A DNA stretch of 57,063 bases from an uncultured virus (IMG/VR IMGVR_UViG_3300042863_002514) (lineage: Duplodnaviria > Heunggongvirae > Uroviricota > Caudoviricetes), in IMG/VR virus record IMGVR_UViG_3300042863_002514, positions 62,001-119,063 of that record. The stretch is one strand, 5' to 3'. Within the stretch, counting starts at the first letter, position 1. Every line of letters starts with the position of its first letter. The notes beneath the pieces were generated by a model. That model was not told where the DNA came from, did no database searches, and worked only from the letters and a program-made list of their open reading frames with translations. A program made the translations under genes and the position numbers. Shown here in pieces: positions 42,057-51,307 of the stretch.

Positions 42057-42390
42057 AACCGTTTACGATCCAGCATTGTTGGGAGGTGGTCAACCACTTC
42101 CAGGACAAAATCTAGTCATTGTAGTTGCTAGGCCTGAATATGGATATTATGTAAATGTAATTGTTACAAATGTAACGAGTACAACTATTGATTTTGCTAG
42201 AGTAGCAGTTTTGCCTGCAGGCCGTACGCTGGGTGATGAACATTGGGTCGCTTATGACACTGAACTGCTGCCTAACCAATTCTTTATATTGCCAAATGTG
42301 GGGTTGGGCCCACAGGATCAAATTATTGGCAGTAGTCAACTTGGATTTGTCAGCATCAATGTCACAGGCAATAAATTTTACGAAGTCTAG
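42046..42390 (+). CDS. hypothetical beta-rich structural protein
   Basis: overlaps the previous gene; beta-strand pattern. Confidence 0.6.
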   Translation: MCSETVYDPALLGGGQPLPGQNLVIVVARPEYGYYVNVIVTNVTSTTIDFARVAVLPAGRTLGDEHWVAYDTELLPNQFFILPNVGLGPQDQIIGSSQLGFVSINVTGNKFYEV

Positions 42391-42611
42391 CTGACTTCCC
42401 AGCCATCGCTAGTAAACTCCAGCATACCAACATGATGGATATATAATTTTCTTTTTGGCTTTCGAACCATGTGCATCTGATACCCACTGGGCAAGTCAAG
42501 GACCAATTGTTGTTCATCTTTTTGAACAATTAGGCCCTTGACTCGTTGATTTGTATCAGTACATACCACATACGTTTTGTTTTTTGGCTTAAGCTTTTTT
42601 TCTTTTGTCAT
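42387..42611 (-). CDS. hypothetical protein
   Basis: short ORF with AGGA SD before MTKEKK. Confidence 0.55.
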   Translation of the reverse strand: MTKEKKLKPKNKTYVVCTDTNQRVKGLIVQKDEQQLVLDLPSGYQMHMVRKPKRKLYIHHVGMLEFTSDGWEVS

Positions 42612-42673
42612 GATCCTGTACAAAAATCTTGGTGTGCAGTTGTATTATTGCACACTTAGATTTACAATGCAAC

Positions 42674-43348
42674 TCACAACCAAAGCTTGTAAATTTCGCC
42701 TTTGAGATAACTTTCCGCAGTGCAACGTTTGCCTGTGCGATGGTCCACAGCTGAGTCATGTTGAATTTGGATAGTGCGTATTTTATCTCCGCGCTGGCCG
42801 CTACCAACCTGATGTTTTCTTTCTTGGCTGGTTTGAGAGGCTGCTTGGCTCTTGAACCTGTTTTGAAGTCGTGTCTCCAATTCCTGCCTAGCTTGTGCAA
42901 AGCTAGTGGTTCTGCTTCTTGTTTGGGCGGTAACGACTACCCCAGTTGGTGTGTGTCGCAATCTACAACTGGCCATTACCTTATTTCGATTTTGACCACC
43001 GGGACCAGTGCCAGAAAACCACTCTATTACTAGATCTTTGTCAAGTATTTCAATGGCTTGTTCTGAAGGATACTCTAGCACTGCTACTGTGACTGTACTG
43101 GTATGGACTCTTCCACGTCTTTCAGTTGGTGGAACCCTCTGTATCCTATGCCCACCTGCTTCTTGTGCCCACTGTGAAAGATCTTGTCCCTCTAGTTTGA
43201 TAACACAGAAGCCTGGGACCGTTTTAACTACAGTAGTGAGTCAACCCAGCTTGCTGGCCATGCGAATATAGGCACGTGCCAAATCATCAACAAACAGTTG
43301 ACTGTCTTCTCCGCCCTCAGCTTGGCGTATTTCAATGTATTGAATCAT
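42674..43348 (-). CDS. RF1-like peptide chain release factor lacking domain 1, with an in-frame UGA at codon 36 (43241-43243)
   Basis: IEIRQAEGGEDSQLF...RMASKLG*LT...EAGGHRIQRVPPTERRGRVHTS...GPGGQNRNK...RGDKIRT, all in one frame. Confidence 0.85.
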
Positions 43349-43595
43349 TTGATTTCCCATTCCTAAAAATTATAGCGCCTGTATGCAACAGGCGTAAGCT
43401 TAACAACTCTATATTTTGAAGGAAATATCGTCAGCTTTCTGCAAGAAGCAGTGGACCAATACCAAAGGTGGGGGATCCCACGAGTGCGAAAAACACCGGA
43501 CCCAAAACCAAGACTCTACTGAGCCTGCAAGCTGACAGCTTTGTCTTGGTTTTGGGTTTCAGTGCTGTTTTGTTCATAAGATTATTTATAGTGGA

Positions 43596-45005
43596 TTAGG
43601 TAAAAGCTTCTTGCAGCTTCTGAGCTAGTTCCGTACTCTTGAGCTTTTCCAGTGCTTTGCTTTCAATCTGGCGCACACGCTCACGAGTGACACCAAATTT
43701 GTTGCCAATGTCTTCCAGTGTGCTTTGTTCGTTTACACCAATACCAAAGCGCATCCTGATCACACGCTCTTCCTTGGGACTGAGATGTTTCAAGACCTCT
43801 GACACTGCATATGCGCTGTCAGCCTCAGCCAAGAGGTTAAACGCATTCACCCCTTCAGTGTCTTCAATAAGATGTGCAATGGTTTGATCTTCTTCACCGC
43901 CAATTGGCGTTTCCAGAGAGATTGTGCCCTGCGCAACACTGTAGACTTTGTCTACGTTTTCCACATCAATTTCCAGCATCTCTGCAATTTCTTGCACACT
44001 GGGCTCAAAACCATTGTGATTTACAAACTCAGCTCGTGCTCGCGTTACCTTCTTGGCAAGGTCGCTCATGTGAGCTGGGATACGAATGATACGATGATGC
44101 TCATTCAAGGCTTTCAGCACACACTGCTTGATCCACCAAGTGGCGTAGGTGCTGAAACGAAATCCCATCTTCCAATCAAACTTCTCAATAGCTTTCAAGA
44201 GACCAATGTTGCCTTCTTGAATGAGATCAAGAATGGGAGTTTGACTGATGTTGGTGTATTTCTTTGCCACACTCACCACGAGTCGAAGATTGCTCTTGAG
44301 CATAATCTCCACTGCCTCGTCCTTGTTTTTTTGCTCTTGCCGAATCTGGCGGCATTTTTCAAGGAGTGTGTCAAGTGGCATACCCGTGTTGGCAACAAAA
44401 CTTGCTAGTTGCGACTCATGCTTTTCCACTTCGGCTTGGTGAACTGTTTTGAACCGCAGCCAATTTTTGTCTTGTGACATGCTTTGGTATGCGGCTAGGA
44501 ACAACTCACGAGAGACTCCTTTGCTTTGTGCAAAGCGCAGGTAAGCTCCTTGTGCGCTAATAATGTCTTTCACCATGTCGTTGAAGGGCTGAACCATGCT
44601 GTCGTAAAAGCTGAGTTTGAAACTCAGCGAAGAACAGGTTTCAGCCACTCGTTGACAGAGTTCACTATTGGGGCTGGTGCTTAACAGCATAATATCCTGT
44701 TGAATGTTTGCTAGATTTGTGAGCAGAGGGGCTAGTTCTGTTTCTTCAATGTCAAAAATGCTGTGGCTGTCAATTTCCCCTTTTACTACACCTTGAATCT
44801 TGGTATCAAACTGCCATACTGCCATAGGAATAGAGAACAGATTCAAGAGCAGGTTTTTCTTGCTGTTTTCAATTTGTTGACTAAATTGAATTTCCTGCTG
44901 ATGTGTAAGCAACTTGTTTTTGGCAACCTGCTTGAGATACAGTTTGGTTGCATCCATATCACTGGATTTTTCAATAGTTTTGGCTGTCGTTGTAGCGGGT
45001 GTCAT
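43596..45005 (-). CDS. RpoD-like sigma70 factor
   Basis: NLRLVVSVAKKY, DLIQEGNIGL.KA.EKF, FSTYATWWI, IRIP.H, TRERVRQIE.KAL. Confidence 0.95.
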   Translation of the reverse strand: MTPATTTAKTIEKSSDMDATKLYLKQVAKNKLLTHQQEIQFSQQIENSKKNLLLNLFSIPMAVWQFDTKIQGVVKGEIDSHSIFDIEETELAPLLTNLANIQQDIMLLSTSPNSELCQRVAETCSSLSFKLSFYDSMVQPFNDMVKDIISAQGAYLRFAQSKGVSRELFLAAYQSMSQDKNWLRFKTVHQAEVEKHESQLASFVANTGMPLDTLLEKCRQIRQEQKNKDEAVEIMLKSNLRLVVSVAKKYTNISQTPILDLIQEGNIGLLKAIEKFDWKMGFRFSTYATWWIKQCVLKALNEHHRIIRIPAHMSDLAKKVTRARAEFVNHNGFEPSVQEIAEMLEIDVENVDKVYSVAQGTISLETPIGGEEDQTIAHLIEDTEGVNAFNLLAEADSAYAVSEVLKHLSPKEERVIRMRFGIGVNEQSTLEDIGNKFGVTRERVRQIESKALEKLKSTELAQKLQEAFT

Positions 45006-45061
45006 ACTCTACTCCATGCTTCAGTCTGAAAGATACTACAAGTATAGGGTGTGTCAATTCT

Positions 45062-45688
45062 TCATATGGTTGGGAATAAAATATTTTCCACAAAATACTG
45101 GCCACGCTCTTCTCCCAGTATCTTCATGAGAACTCTAGTAGTATGAGTGTTTTGTCTTTGGTTCAAACTGTATTGATTTTGCTTCTTTATGACCATAGGT
45201 ACATCTGTTGTGGTTTTTGTTCCCAACTGAGATAGATATTGTTCCAACAGTGTGCATGCCAATGTGCTGATGGTTTCAGCTTCCGTATATGTGGGTCTGC
45301 AAGCGATCCAATGCTCGCTGAAAATTGTTCCCCATTCAGGTCTTTCACGTGGCTCACTCCATAGATGACTAGATATGATTCCATAACTTTCAACAGTGGG
45401 ACTGAAATCAAAAAACAAACCTGTGGCCTTGGTGTCACTGGCAATGATATCAAACCCAAAAATAGGGCTGGGATCAGTCAGGTGAGGAAAGATCACAGTG
45501 TGCAACACACTGAATTTTGGTTGCTGAAATCTTTCCACATGAGCAAGCCGAAACTGTTGGCTATACCATCGGTTATTGGTCCAACCAAAATCCTCTGTTG
45601 GTATCTCCGTCAAGAGAGTGGTGTTGTTTTGGATCAGCTGCTCAAATTTATCAGCCGTTTGGTTGATGAGATTGATGAAGTTCGTCAT
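45062..45688 (-). CDS. ferredoxin-dependent bilin reductase (PcyA/PcyX-like)
   Basis: FR.AHVE, VLH..IFP, PIFGFDI, DFSP, PEWG.IFS, Q.QN..T..V. Confidence 0.85.
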   Translation of the reverse strand: MTNFINLINQTADKFEQLIQNNTTLLTEIPTEDFGWTNNRWYSQQFRLAHVERFQQPKFSVLHTVIFPHLTDPSPIFGFDIIASDTKATGLFFDFSPTVESYGIISSHLWSEPRERPEWGTIFSEHWIACRPTYTEAETISTLACTLLEQYLSQLGTKTTTDVPMVIKKQNQYSLNQRQNTHTTRVLMKILGEERGQYFVENILFPTI

Positions 45689-46178
45689 AGTACCTTGTTG
45701 TCATCTCAAAGCTGAGATTGGCCTCTTCAGCCAAACCAGCATGTGTTTTGTAGCGAATCTCAGCAATAGCTGCTTTGGGTGTTTCAAAACTCAGCATGTT
45801 TACCGGAAAACGAGGGCTCAAAATCTTCTTCAAGATTTGACCACCATAGAGCGGGGCAAGGTAGTGCACATACACATGCGCCCACAATTGGCTTTCAGAC
45901 ACAGTTTCCAGTCTCTCGTGAAATTCAAAAAAACTGGCAGGTAAAGTGGGACTGTGGGACCCCATCTCTTTCCAGTCCTGGAACGCACAGCCTGCTCGAG
46001 GCAAGTCAGCACACTCAAAAGCAAGTCTGCTTTCAATAACAGAATACAACAAGTGTTTGCTGTACACTAGATCAGAGTAGCATTCAGGTGTTATATCTCC
46101 AGAAAGCATAGCAGCCATCAAAGGAGTACTTTCGGCAAGCTTGTGATTTGCCCAAGTAAGTGTTTTTAAATCGCTCAT
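45651..46178 (-). CDS. heme oxygenase (HemO/Ho1-like)
   Basis: LK..T...H..AE, AHVYV.YL..L.GGQI, EA...F. Confidence 0.88.
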   Translation of the reverse strand: MSDLKTLTWANHKLAESTPLMAAMLSGDITPECYSDLVYSKHLLYSVIESRLAFECADLPRAGCAFQDWKEMGSHSPTLPASFFEFHERLETVSESQLWAHVYVHYLAPLYGGQILKKILSPRFPVNMLSFETPKAAIAEIRYKTHAGLAEEANLSFEMTTRYYDELHQSHQPNG

Positions 46179-46259
46179 ATAACTATATAGTTGTAGTTTA
46201 TGTGGGTTTCAACATAGTTTGCACTTTTTTGACAAATCTTTTGGTGTTAAGCAGAACAG

Positions 46260-46286
46260 AAAAGAGGGGCAAAAATGCCCCTCTTT
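46260..46286 (-). terminator. intrinsic terminator
   Basis: aaagaggggc/gcccctcttt hairpin. Confidence 0.7.
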
Positions 46287-46302
46287 GTCCCAATCGTTCG
46301 GC

Positions 46303-46575
46303 TTAATCTAGTGCAGCCTTGTCACTGTTGGCTCGAACCTCCTGGAAGGTCCAGTCCCGCAGCAGCTCTCCATTTCGATAGACTGGCAGGAGCATGTTGG
46401 CCCAATCAAATCCACTGTTGACAGGCAGTGTTTCCCACTTGCCACGTTCCCGAGTGAGGATCAGTCGGCCACGCTTGCTGGTCTTGCCCTTGTCGGTCAC
46501 AGGGTCTTTGTAGACATCCTGCCACTCACCATTGATCTTGGCAGCAGAGGCTTTCATTGCAAACTTCTGTGTGTC
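46303..46575 (-). pseudogene. orphaned duplicate 3' end of NAMPT
   Basis: DTQKFAMKASAAKINGEWQDVYKDPVTDKGKTSKRGR... parallels the C-terminus of the NAMPT ORF. Confidence 0.85.
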
Positions 46576-46676
46576 TATACTGATGGTAGGTCATGCAGAA
46601 AAGACGGACACTTATATAGCAGTAAGAATAGGTGAAGCCCTTCAAGTGTATAAATAAACCAAAAGGAGAATAAAAT

Positions 46677-47711
46677 ATGAATTGCCACCGATGCGGGGGG
46701 CCTGCTACATATACAACTAAGGATGGCAAACACCTATGTCATCAAAATCCAGCAAAATGTCCCGCTTGTTCTACAAAAGGAAAGCCTCAAAAAAAGAAAA
46801 TTCAACCCATTGAGTATGATGGTGATCATTTATGTGATTACGGGTGCAACAAAACAGCCAAATGGAAATTCCGTAACAGCAAATATTGTTGTAATCGCAA
46901 CAGTGCCAATTGTGAACATATAAGGATACAAGCCGGACAGAAAATCAGAAAGTCAAAATTTATTGAGGTAGCTCCAGGAGTTACTTTGGGGACTCTTGCA
47001 TCACAGAAAGCAGCCAAAACAAAAGCATCTGATATTGATGTCTATGGCAATAACGCTCACCAAAGAAATGCTGAAAAAGTAGCCAACATCAAAAGAAATA
47101 AAATTGACAACGATACTGGATTAAATGTCCATAAGCTAACAGCTAAAAAATACCAACAATGGCTTAAATCAGAAGAAGGACAAAAATGGATCACAAAGAT
47201 AAGCGAAAAAAATCAGAAATCTATGAATACTGTAATTAATCCAGCCACCGGTGAAACAGAGGCTATGCGACGTGCCAGTATTATGGTAGAAACCAAATCC
47301 CAGAACATTGATGAACTTGGCTTAAATGGGTTTGAGCGAGCACACTGGAAATCCAACTCTAAAAATTCAGGCTTCATAGAAGGCATATTTTGGCAATACT
47401 CAAATGAACGGCGTTTTTTGGAACGGGCAAAAGCTGTAGGAATCATAGAGAATGTCACAAGAGGACCAATGATCAAATACACGTTTCACGGTAAGGAAAA
47501 AACCTTTTTTGCAGATTTCCGGATTGAACACAAAATCTTTGAGGTCAAGTCAAAATACACATTGTTTGGTCCCAAAAATTCATTCTTAGAACAAAATATA
47601 GCCAAGCTCTTTGCTGCGCAAAGAGCTGGCTACGACGTGTATCTTGTTATCGATGACGAGACAGTCTTATTAAAAGACTTTCTCAGATCGATCTCTAATG
47701 TCCTGGAATGA
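46677..47711 (+). mobile_element. free-standing putative homing endonuclease (Cys-rich N-terminus, PD-(D/E)xK-like C-terminus)
   Basis: AT-rich, opposite strand, CDYGC...CC motif, NE..F...ADF...EVKS; sits between the two NAMPT 3' ends; own TATAAATA and GGAG. Confidence 0.7.
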
Positions 47712-49079
47712 TTGATCAATGAGAAGGCGTCCATTCCGGTAGACTGTCTGCAGAACGTCGGTCCACACCACACCATTCTCAAGACCGCGTAGAGGAGTGT
47801 TAACGCTTGTTTGAAATTGGTTACCTGACTGCCAAAGGGTAACTTTACCTTTCTTGGATGTTTTTCCTTTGTCTGTAATAGGATCCTTATATACCTCGCG
47901 CCATTCCCCATCAATACAGGCAGCTGAAGCTTTCATCGCAAATCGATTGGTGTCGCGAGTAATACCTTGCAAGAGTTGGCCGCCCATGCCCACAGCCACG
48001 TTTTCTGCACTCCAGCCGCGTGCTGTGAGGTTGTCATACAGGGTTTTGATGCTGTCAATGTTCATGCCATCGCCCTGGATCACACGCACACTCTTGTTCA
48101 GCACCTTGTAGCCCTTGCTGTTGACGGTGTAGCCAAACCGCTCACCAAGTGCCTCAACCACATCAACTGGCACCACAACTGGATCACCGCTGTCGGGACG
48201 AATCACAAGGGTGGCCCCACTGTCTAGCACACGGTCTCGCAGTGTTTCGCCCCAGATGTGGTTGACCGCGTTCATGATGTCGTAGCTGTCGCTCACCACT
48301 GCAAGGATGCTGCCTGGCCGGGCAAACTGCTTGAGCATGTTGCCATAGGCCTCAGCTTCGCCATCGCGACCCCAACTGGTGATGGTGCTGTGCTCTGCTG
48401 CCGGAATGCTAAACCCTGCCATGGCCTCGGTGTAGTAGCGTCGGGCTGCAAGGAGGGCTGCAACAGTGTCGGTGCCTCGGAAGTTCACTAGGTGAGCACT
48501 GCCACCCAGCTGAGCGCTTTCATCGCTGCTGACGCCACGAGCGCCAAAGTCGTGCAGTCGAAACAGAAGCTCGCCTTCGGGGTTGTCGCTGCTCTTCCCC
48601 AGTGCAGCTCGAATGGTCTGCTTGGCATGCCAGCTGAGTGTGGCCACTGTGGTGGGGTACCAAACAGCACGGAGTAGAGCTGTCTCTAGGAAGCTAGTGA
48701 GCCAGGGCACATTGGGATCGGTGTTCACCACAGTGGCTAGCACGTTGTGAGTGGGGATCACCATGCCTTCGGGCACTGCTCGAATCTCTACTGGCAACCG
48801 GCCCTGGTGCTCACGCACAATGTATTCCCAGCCTTCCCGATGGAAAGGCACCATGTGTGCGGCTGCCAATCCAGCAGCCTCGTCCACGTCGCTCATGGTC
48901 ACTGGAGTCACCAGCCGACGCTTGAGCCACATTTGGAGCCCGTAAAACAGTGTGCGAGGGAAGCGTCCGCCGCGACTTTCTACGTAGCTGTGAATGTGTG
49001 TGGTGTTTGGGGGAAGTTGCCACGGATGGCTGAATTTGTAGCTGTCGACGTCAAGAATGACGCTATCGTAATTGAACAT
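47670..49079 (-). CDS. nadV: nicotinamide phosphoribosyltransferase
   Basis: DSYK.SH, WYPTTVAT, LHDFGARG, SIPAAEHS, VSDSYD, IRPDSGDP, IQGDG. Confidence 0.96.
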   Translation of the reverse strand: MFNYDSVILDVDSYKFSHPWQLPPNTTHIHSYVESRGGRFPRTLFYGLQMWLKRRLVTPVTMSDVDEAAGLAAAHMVPFHREGWEYIVREHQGRLPVEIRAVPEGMVIPTHNVLATVVNTDPNVPWLTSFLETALLRAVWYPTTVATLSWHAKQTIRAALGKSSDNPEGELLFRLHDFGARGVSSDESAQLGGSAHLVNFRGTDTVAALLAARRYYTEAMAGFSIPAAEHSTITSWGRDGEAEAYGNMLKQFARPGSILAVVSDSYDIMNAVNHIWGETLRDRVLDSGATLVIRPDSGDPVVVPVDVVEALGERFGYTVNSKGYKVLNKSVRVIQGDGMNIDSIKTLYDNLTARGWSAENVAVGMGGQLLQGITRDTNRFAMKASAACIDGEWREVYKDPITDKGKTSKKGKVTLWQSGNQFQTSVNTPLRGLENGVVWTDVLQTVYRNGRLLIDQSFQDIRDRSEKVF

Positions 49080-49106
49080 AACAAGTCTCCCTTGTTCAGT
49101 ATGTGA

Positions 49107-49129
49107 AGGAAAAGGTCTATCCTTTTCCT
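49107..49129 (-). promoter_or_regulatory. 5' UTR hairpin GGAAAAGG-ATAGA-CCTTTTCC upstream of NAMPT
   Basis: same AAAAGGATAGACCTT sequence found upstream of the NadM-Nudix gene. Confidence 0.6.
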
Positions 49130-49169
49130 GTGTCATATTTATAGGCTAGATGCCCAATTACGTCAACTT

Positions 49170-49901
49170 TTAAATTTTTGAAAACAGCTCATCGTATGAG
49201 TTTTTCCTGCCCGCTATATGCCATTTTTCCATCAAATTGTTTCGTACTCGAAACTGGTAAAATGCTGAGAACCAGCTTTTTTTGCTGTTCTTCCTTGAAG
49301 TTCTTTCAAGATAAATTCCGCCAGCAGTCGAAGTGAATTTCAAAGGCACTGTAATATTGGGCCTAGAATAGTATGCAATCAGCTCATCCCTAGCATTATC
49401 AAAAGCTTTTTGTAACGCCTCTTGTCTCCAAGGATGTCGGAAATCCACGATTTGATCGTCACAAACAACCATGTGTTGCGCATCCCACATCACTTGATAG
49501 TGGAGTTGACACTTTGTTTTGATATCAGATGTAAGCCATGAGTTTTGAATTATATCTGATAGTTTGAGAGACCCAAAAGTTTGTGGAGCTGTAGCGTGTT
49601 TTCTGCGAGTTCTGATCTCGATACTGTAGGGCGGTACGTCAATCCCTCTGCTGTGATTTATAGGATACCCTAAACTTCCAAGTTCTCCTTCAACCCACTG
49701 AGTCACTGCCCCAGTAAAGCCGGACGAATCAATTGGTTTTGCCCCAGAAAACATTGTTTCAAAGGAGGAGTCATCATCGTCAATAACTTGTTCACTTGCG
49801 AGTATTTTCTCCACCACATAATCTGGTAAAGGAGTTCCTGGGAGAATAATAGGCCTTTTTAGATGTGTAACTGCAATGGGAGAGTCAGGAATTATAATCA
49901 T
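49170..49901 (-). CDS. hypothetical (possible restriction-endonuclease-like fold)
   Basis: ORF with a G.D...IEIRTR pattern. Confidence 0.5.
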   Translation of the reverse strand: MIIIPDSPIAVTHLKRPIILPGTPLPDYVVEKILASEQVIDDDDSSFETMFSGAKPIDSSGFTGAVTQWVEGELGSLGYPINHSRGIDVPPYSIEIRTRRKHATAPQTFGSLKLSDIIQNSWLTSDIKTKCQLHYQVMWDAQHMVVCDDQIVDFRHPWRQEALQKAFDNARDELIAYYSRPNITVPLKFTSTAGGIYLERTSRKNSKKSWFSAFYQFRVRNNLMEKWHIAGRKNSYDELFSKI

Positions 49902-49904
49902 AAT

Positions 49905-50462
49905 TTATGAATCCTCAAAATCAACTCGTGTGTAGAGGGGGATCAAGCGAATCTTTTCTGCTGATAGATTCTCTCGCGCACCTTCCAGTCGGTCAACGAC
50001 TGTGAGCACTGTGTCCACTTGGCAACCAATCTCCCGCACAGCCTCAACAGCCCGCATGATGCTGCCTCCAGTAGTAGTCACATCTTCCACCAGCACCACT
50101 CGGCTACCCGGAGTGCAGTGGCCATCAATCTTTGTTTGCACGCCGTGATCTTTCACTTCTTTTCGCACAAAGAAAGCTGGATAATGGCGACTGCGTAGGT
50201 AGCTTTTGGTGGCAATGCTGGTAACCAACGGAACGCTGCCCACAGCCATCCCTCCTACGCTGTCAAAATCCAATGTATCGAGAATATCCAGCATAGCATC
50301 AGCAATGAGATTGCTGCCCATGGGATCCAACATGGAGATCTTCATGTTGAAGAAGTAGTTGCTGGCTGCTCCACTGCTGAGAGTGAAGTTTTGATCTTGA
50401 ATCAAACTTTTTTCCGAGATGAGATCGCGTAAATGCCGGTAGGCTCGTGCAGTCATAACCAT
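49905..50462 (-). CDS. pyrE: orotate phosphoribosyltransferase
   Basis: FTLSSG..S.Y, VRKE.K.HG, VEDVTTTGGS, VVDR.EG. Confidence 0.93.
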   Translation of the reverse strand: MVMTARAYRHLRDLISEKSLIQDQNFTLSSGAASNYFFNMKISMLDPMGSNLIADAMLDILDTLDFDSVGGMAVGSVPLVTSIATKSYLRSRHYPAFFVRKEVKDHGVQTKIDGHCTPGSRVVLVEDVTTTGGSIMRAVEAVREIGCQVDTVLTVVDRLEGARENLSAEKIRLIPLYTRVDFEDS

Positions 50463-50472
50463 TGAAATTTCC

Positions 50473-50700
50473 TTATCGTTCCCAGGGGTATGTGTAGGTT
50501 TTCGGGTCAAGTCGTGAGATGATGCTGATCATGCGTGCAAATGTGCCACAGTTCACCATCACTGTATTGCTGTTGGCAATGTCAGCAGCATGCAAGAGCA
50601 CCCCAAATTTGCCACTTTTCACATCTTCAATCAACTGTTTATCTCGCCGTAGACTTTGCTGATAGTCGTCAAAATCACGTTGTTCGTCGTAGTGTCCCAT
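50473..50700 (-). CDS. hypothetical protein
   Basis: ORF within an overlapping operon. Confidence 0.55.
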   Translation of the reverse strand: MGHYDEQRDFDDYQQSLRRDKQLIEDVKSGKFGVLLHAADIANSNTVMVNCGTFARMISIISRLDPKTYTYPWER

Positions 50701-50995
50701 TAGGTGTGCCTTTCAACAATGCATCAACAACTGATTCAGTTTGTTTGATGAGTTCTGCATTGTCAAACCGCCACACCCGCTGCCAACGGCTAGAGTTAGT
50801 GCCCGGTGGATCGTATTGCAAGCCGCAGCCATGCCAACCATTGAAGTTCAAGCCAAACCATACCTTGCCGAATGTGCCTATGAAATAGCTGCCGTGAATC
50901 AAGCAGATATAGGTTGGTCCCACTGTTAGCTCATCACTGCCATGCCGTGTGGTTTTGCTGAGATCAACTTCTGTGAACTGGGGAGTGTCACTCAC
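50675..50995 (-). CDS. hypothetical protein
   Basis: AAGGA SD before a GTG start. Confidence 0.6.
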   Translation of the reverse strand: MSDTPQFTEVDLSKTTRHGSDELTVGPTYICLIHGSYFIGTFGKVWFGLNFNGWHGCGLQYDPPGTNSSRWQRVWRFDNAELIKQTESVVDALLKGTPNGTLRRTT

Positions 50996-51099
50996 TGTCT
51001 GTCCTTTCGCGGTAACGGAGCAGTTGTTCCAACAGGCTTGGCTCAGCAGGTTGCCACAGCTCGCCAGCCTGTTGCACCAAACATTCCGCTAGAGCGGCT

Positions 51100-51297
51100 T
51101 CAATTGTTGGGATCTTCTTTTTTGTTTTCTTTGTCATTTTCTTGTTCCGTGATGGGCGCATCAATACTGGGATCACCTGTGGGCCTAATCAACCCCTGCT
51201 TCTGTGAGATACGGAGAGTTTGTTTCAACTGCTCGAGACTGCTGGGGTCCACATTACTGATGGTGGTGCAAGTTTCAATCTTGATGCGCGTCATCAT
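51100..51297 (-). CDS. hypothetical protein
   Basis: AAGG SD; follows nadM. Confidence 0.45.
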   Translation of the reverse strand: MMTRIKIETCTTISNVDPSSLEQLKQTLRISQKQGLIRPTGDPSIDAPITEQENDKENKKEDPNN

Positions 51298-51307
51298 TAC
51301 CTTTTTC

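Noticed and set aside
43241..43243. prfB-type +1 frameshift
   Set aside because: Both halves are in the same frame and there is no CTT TGA slippery site
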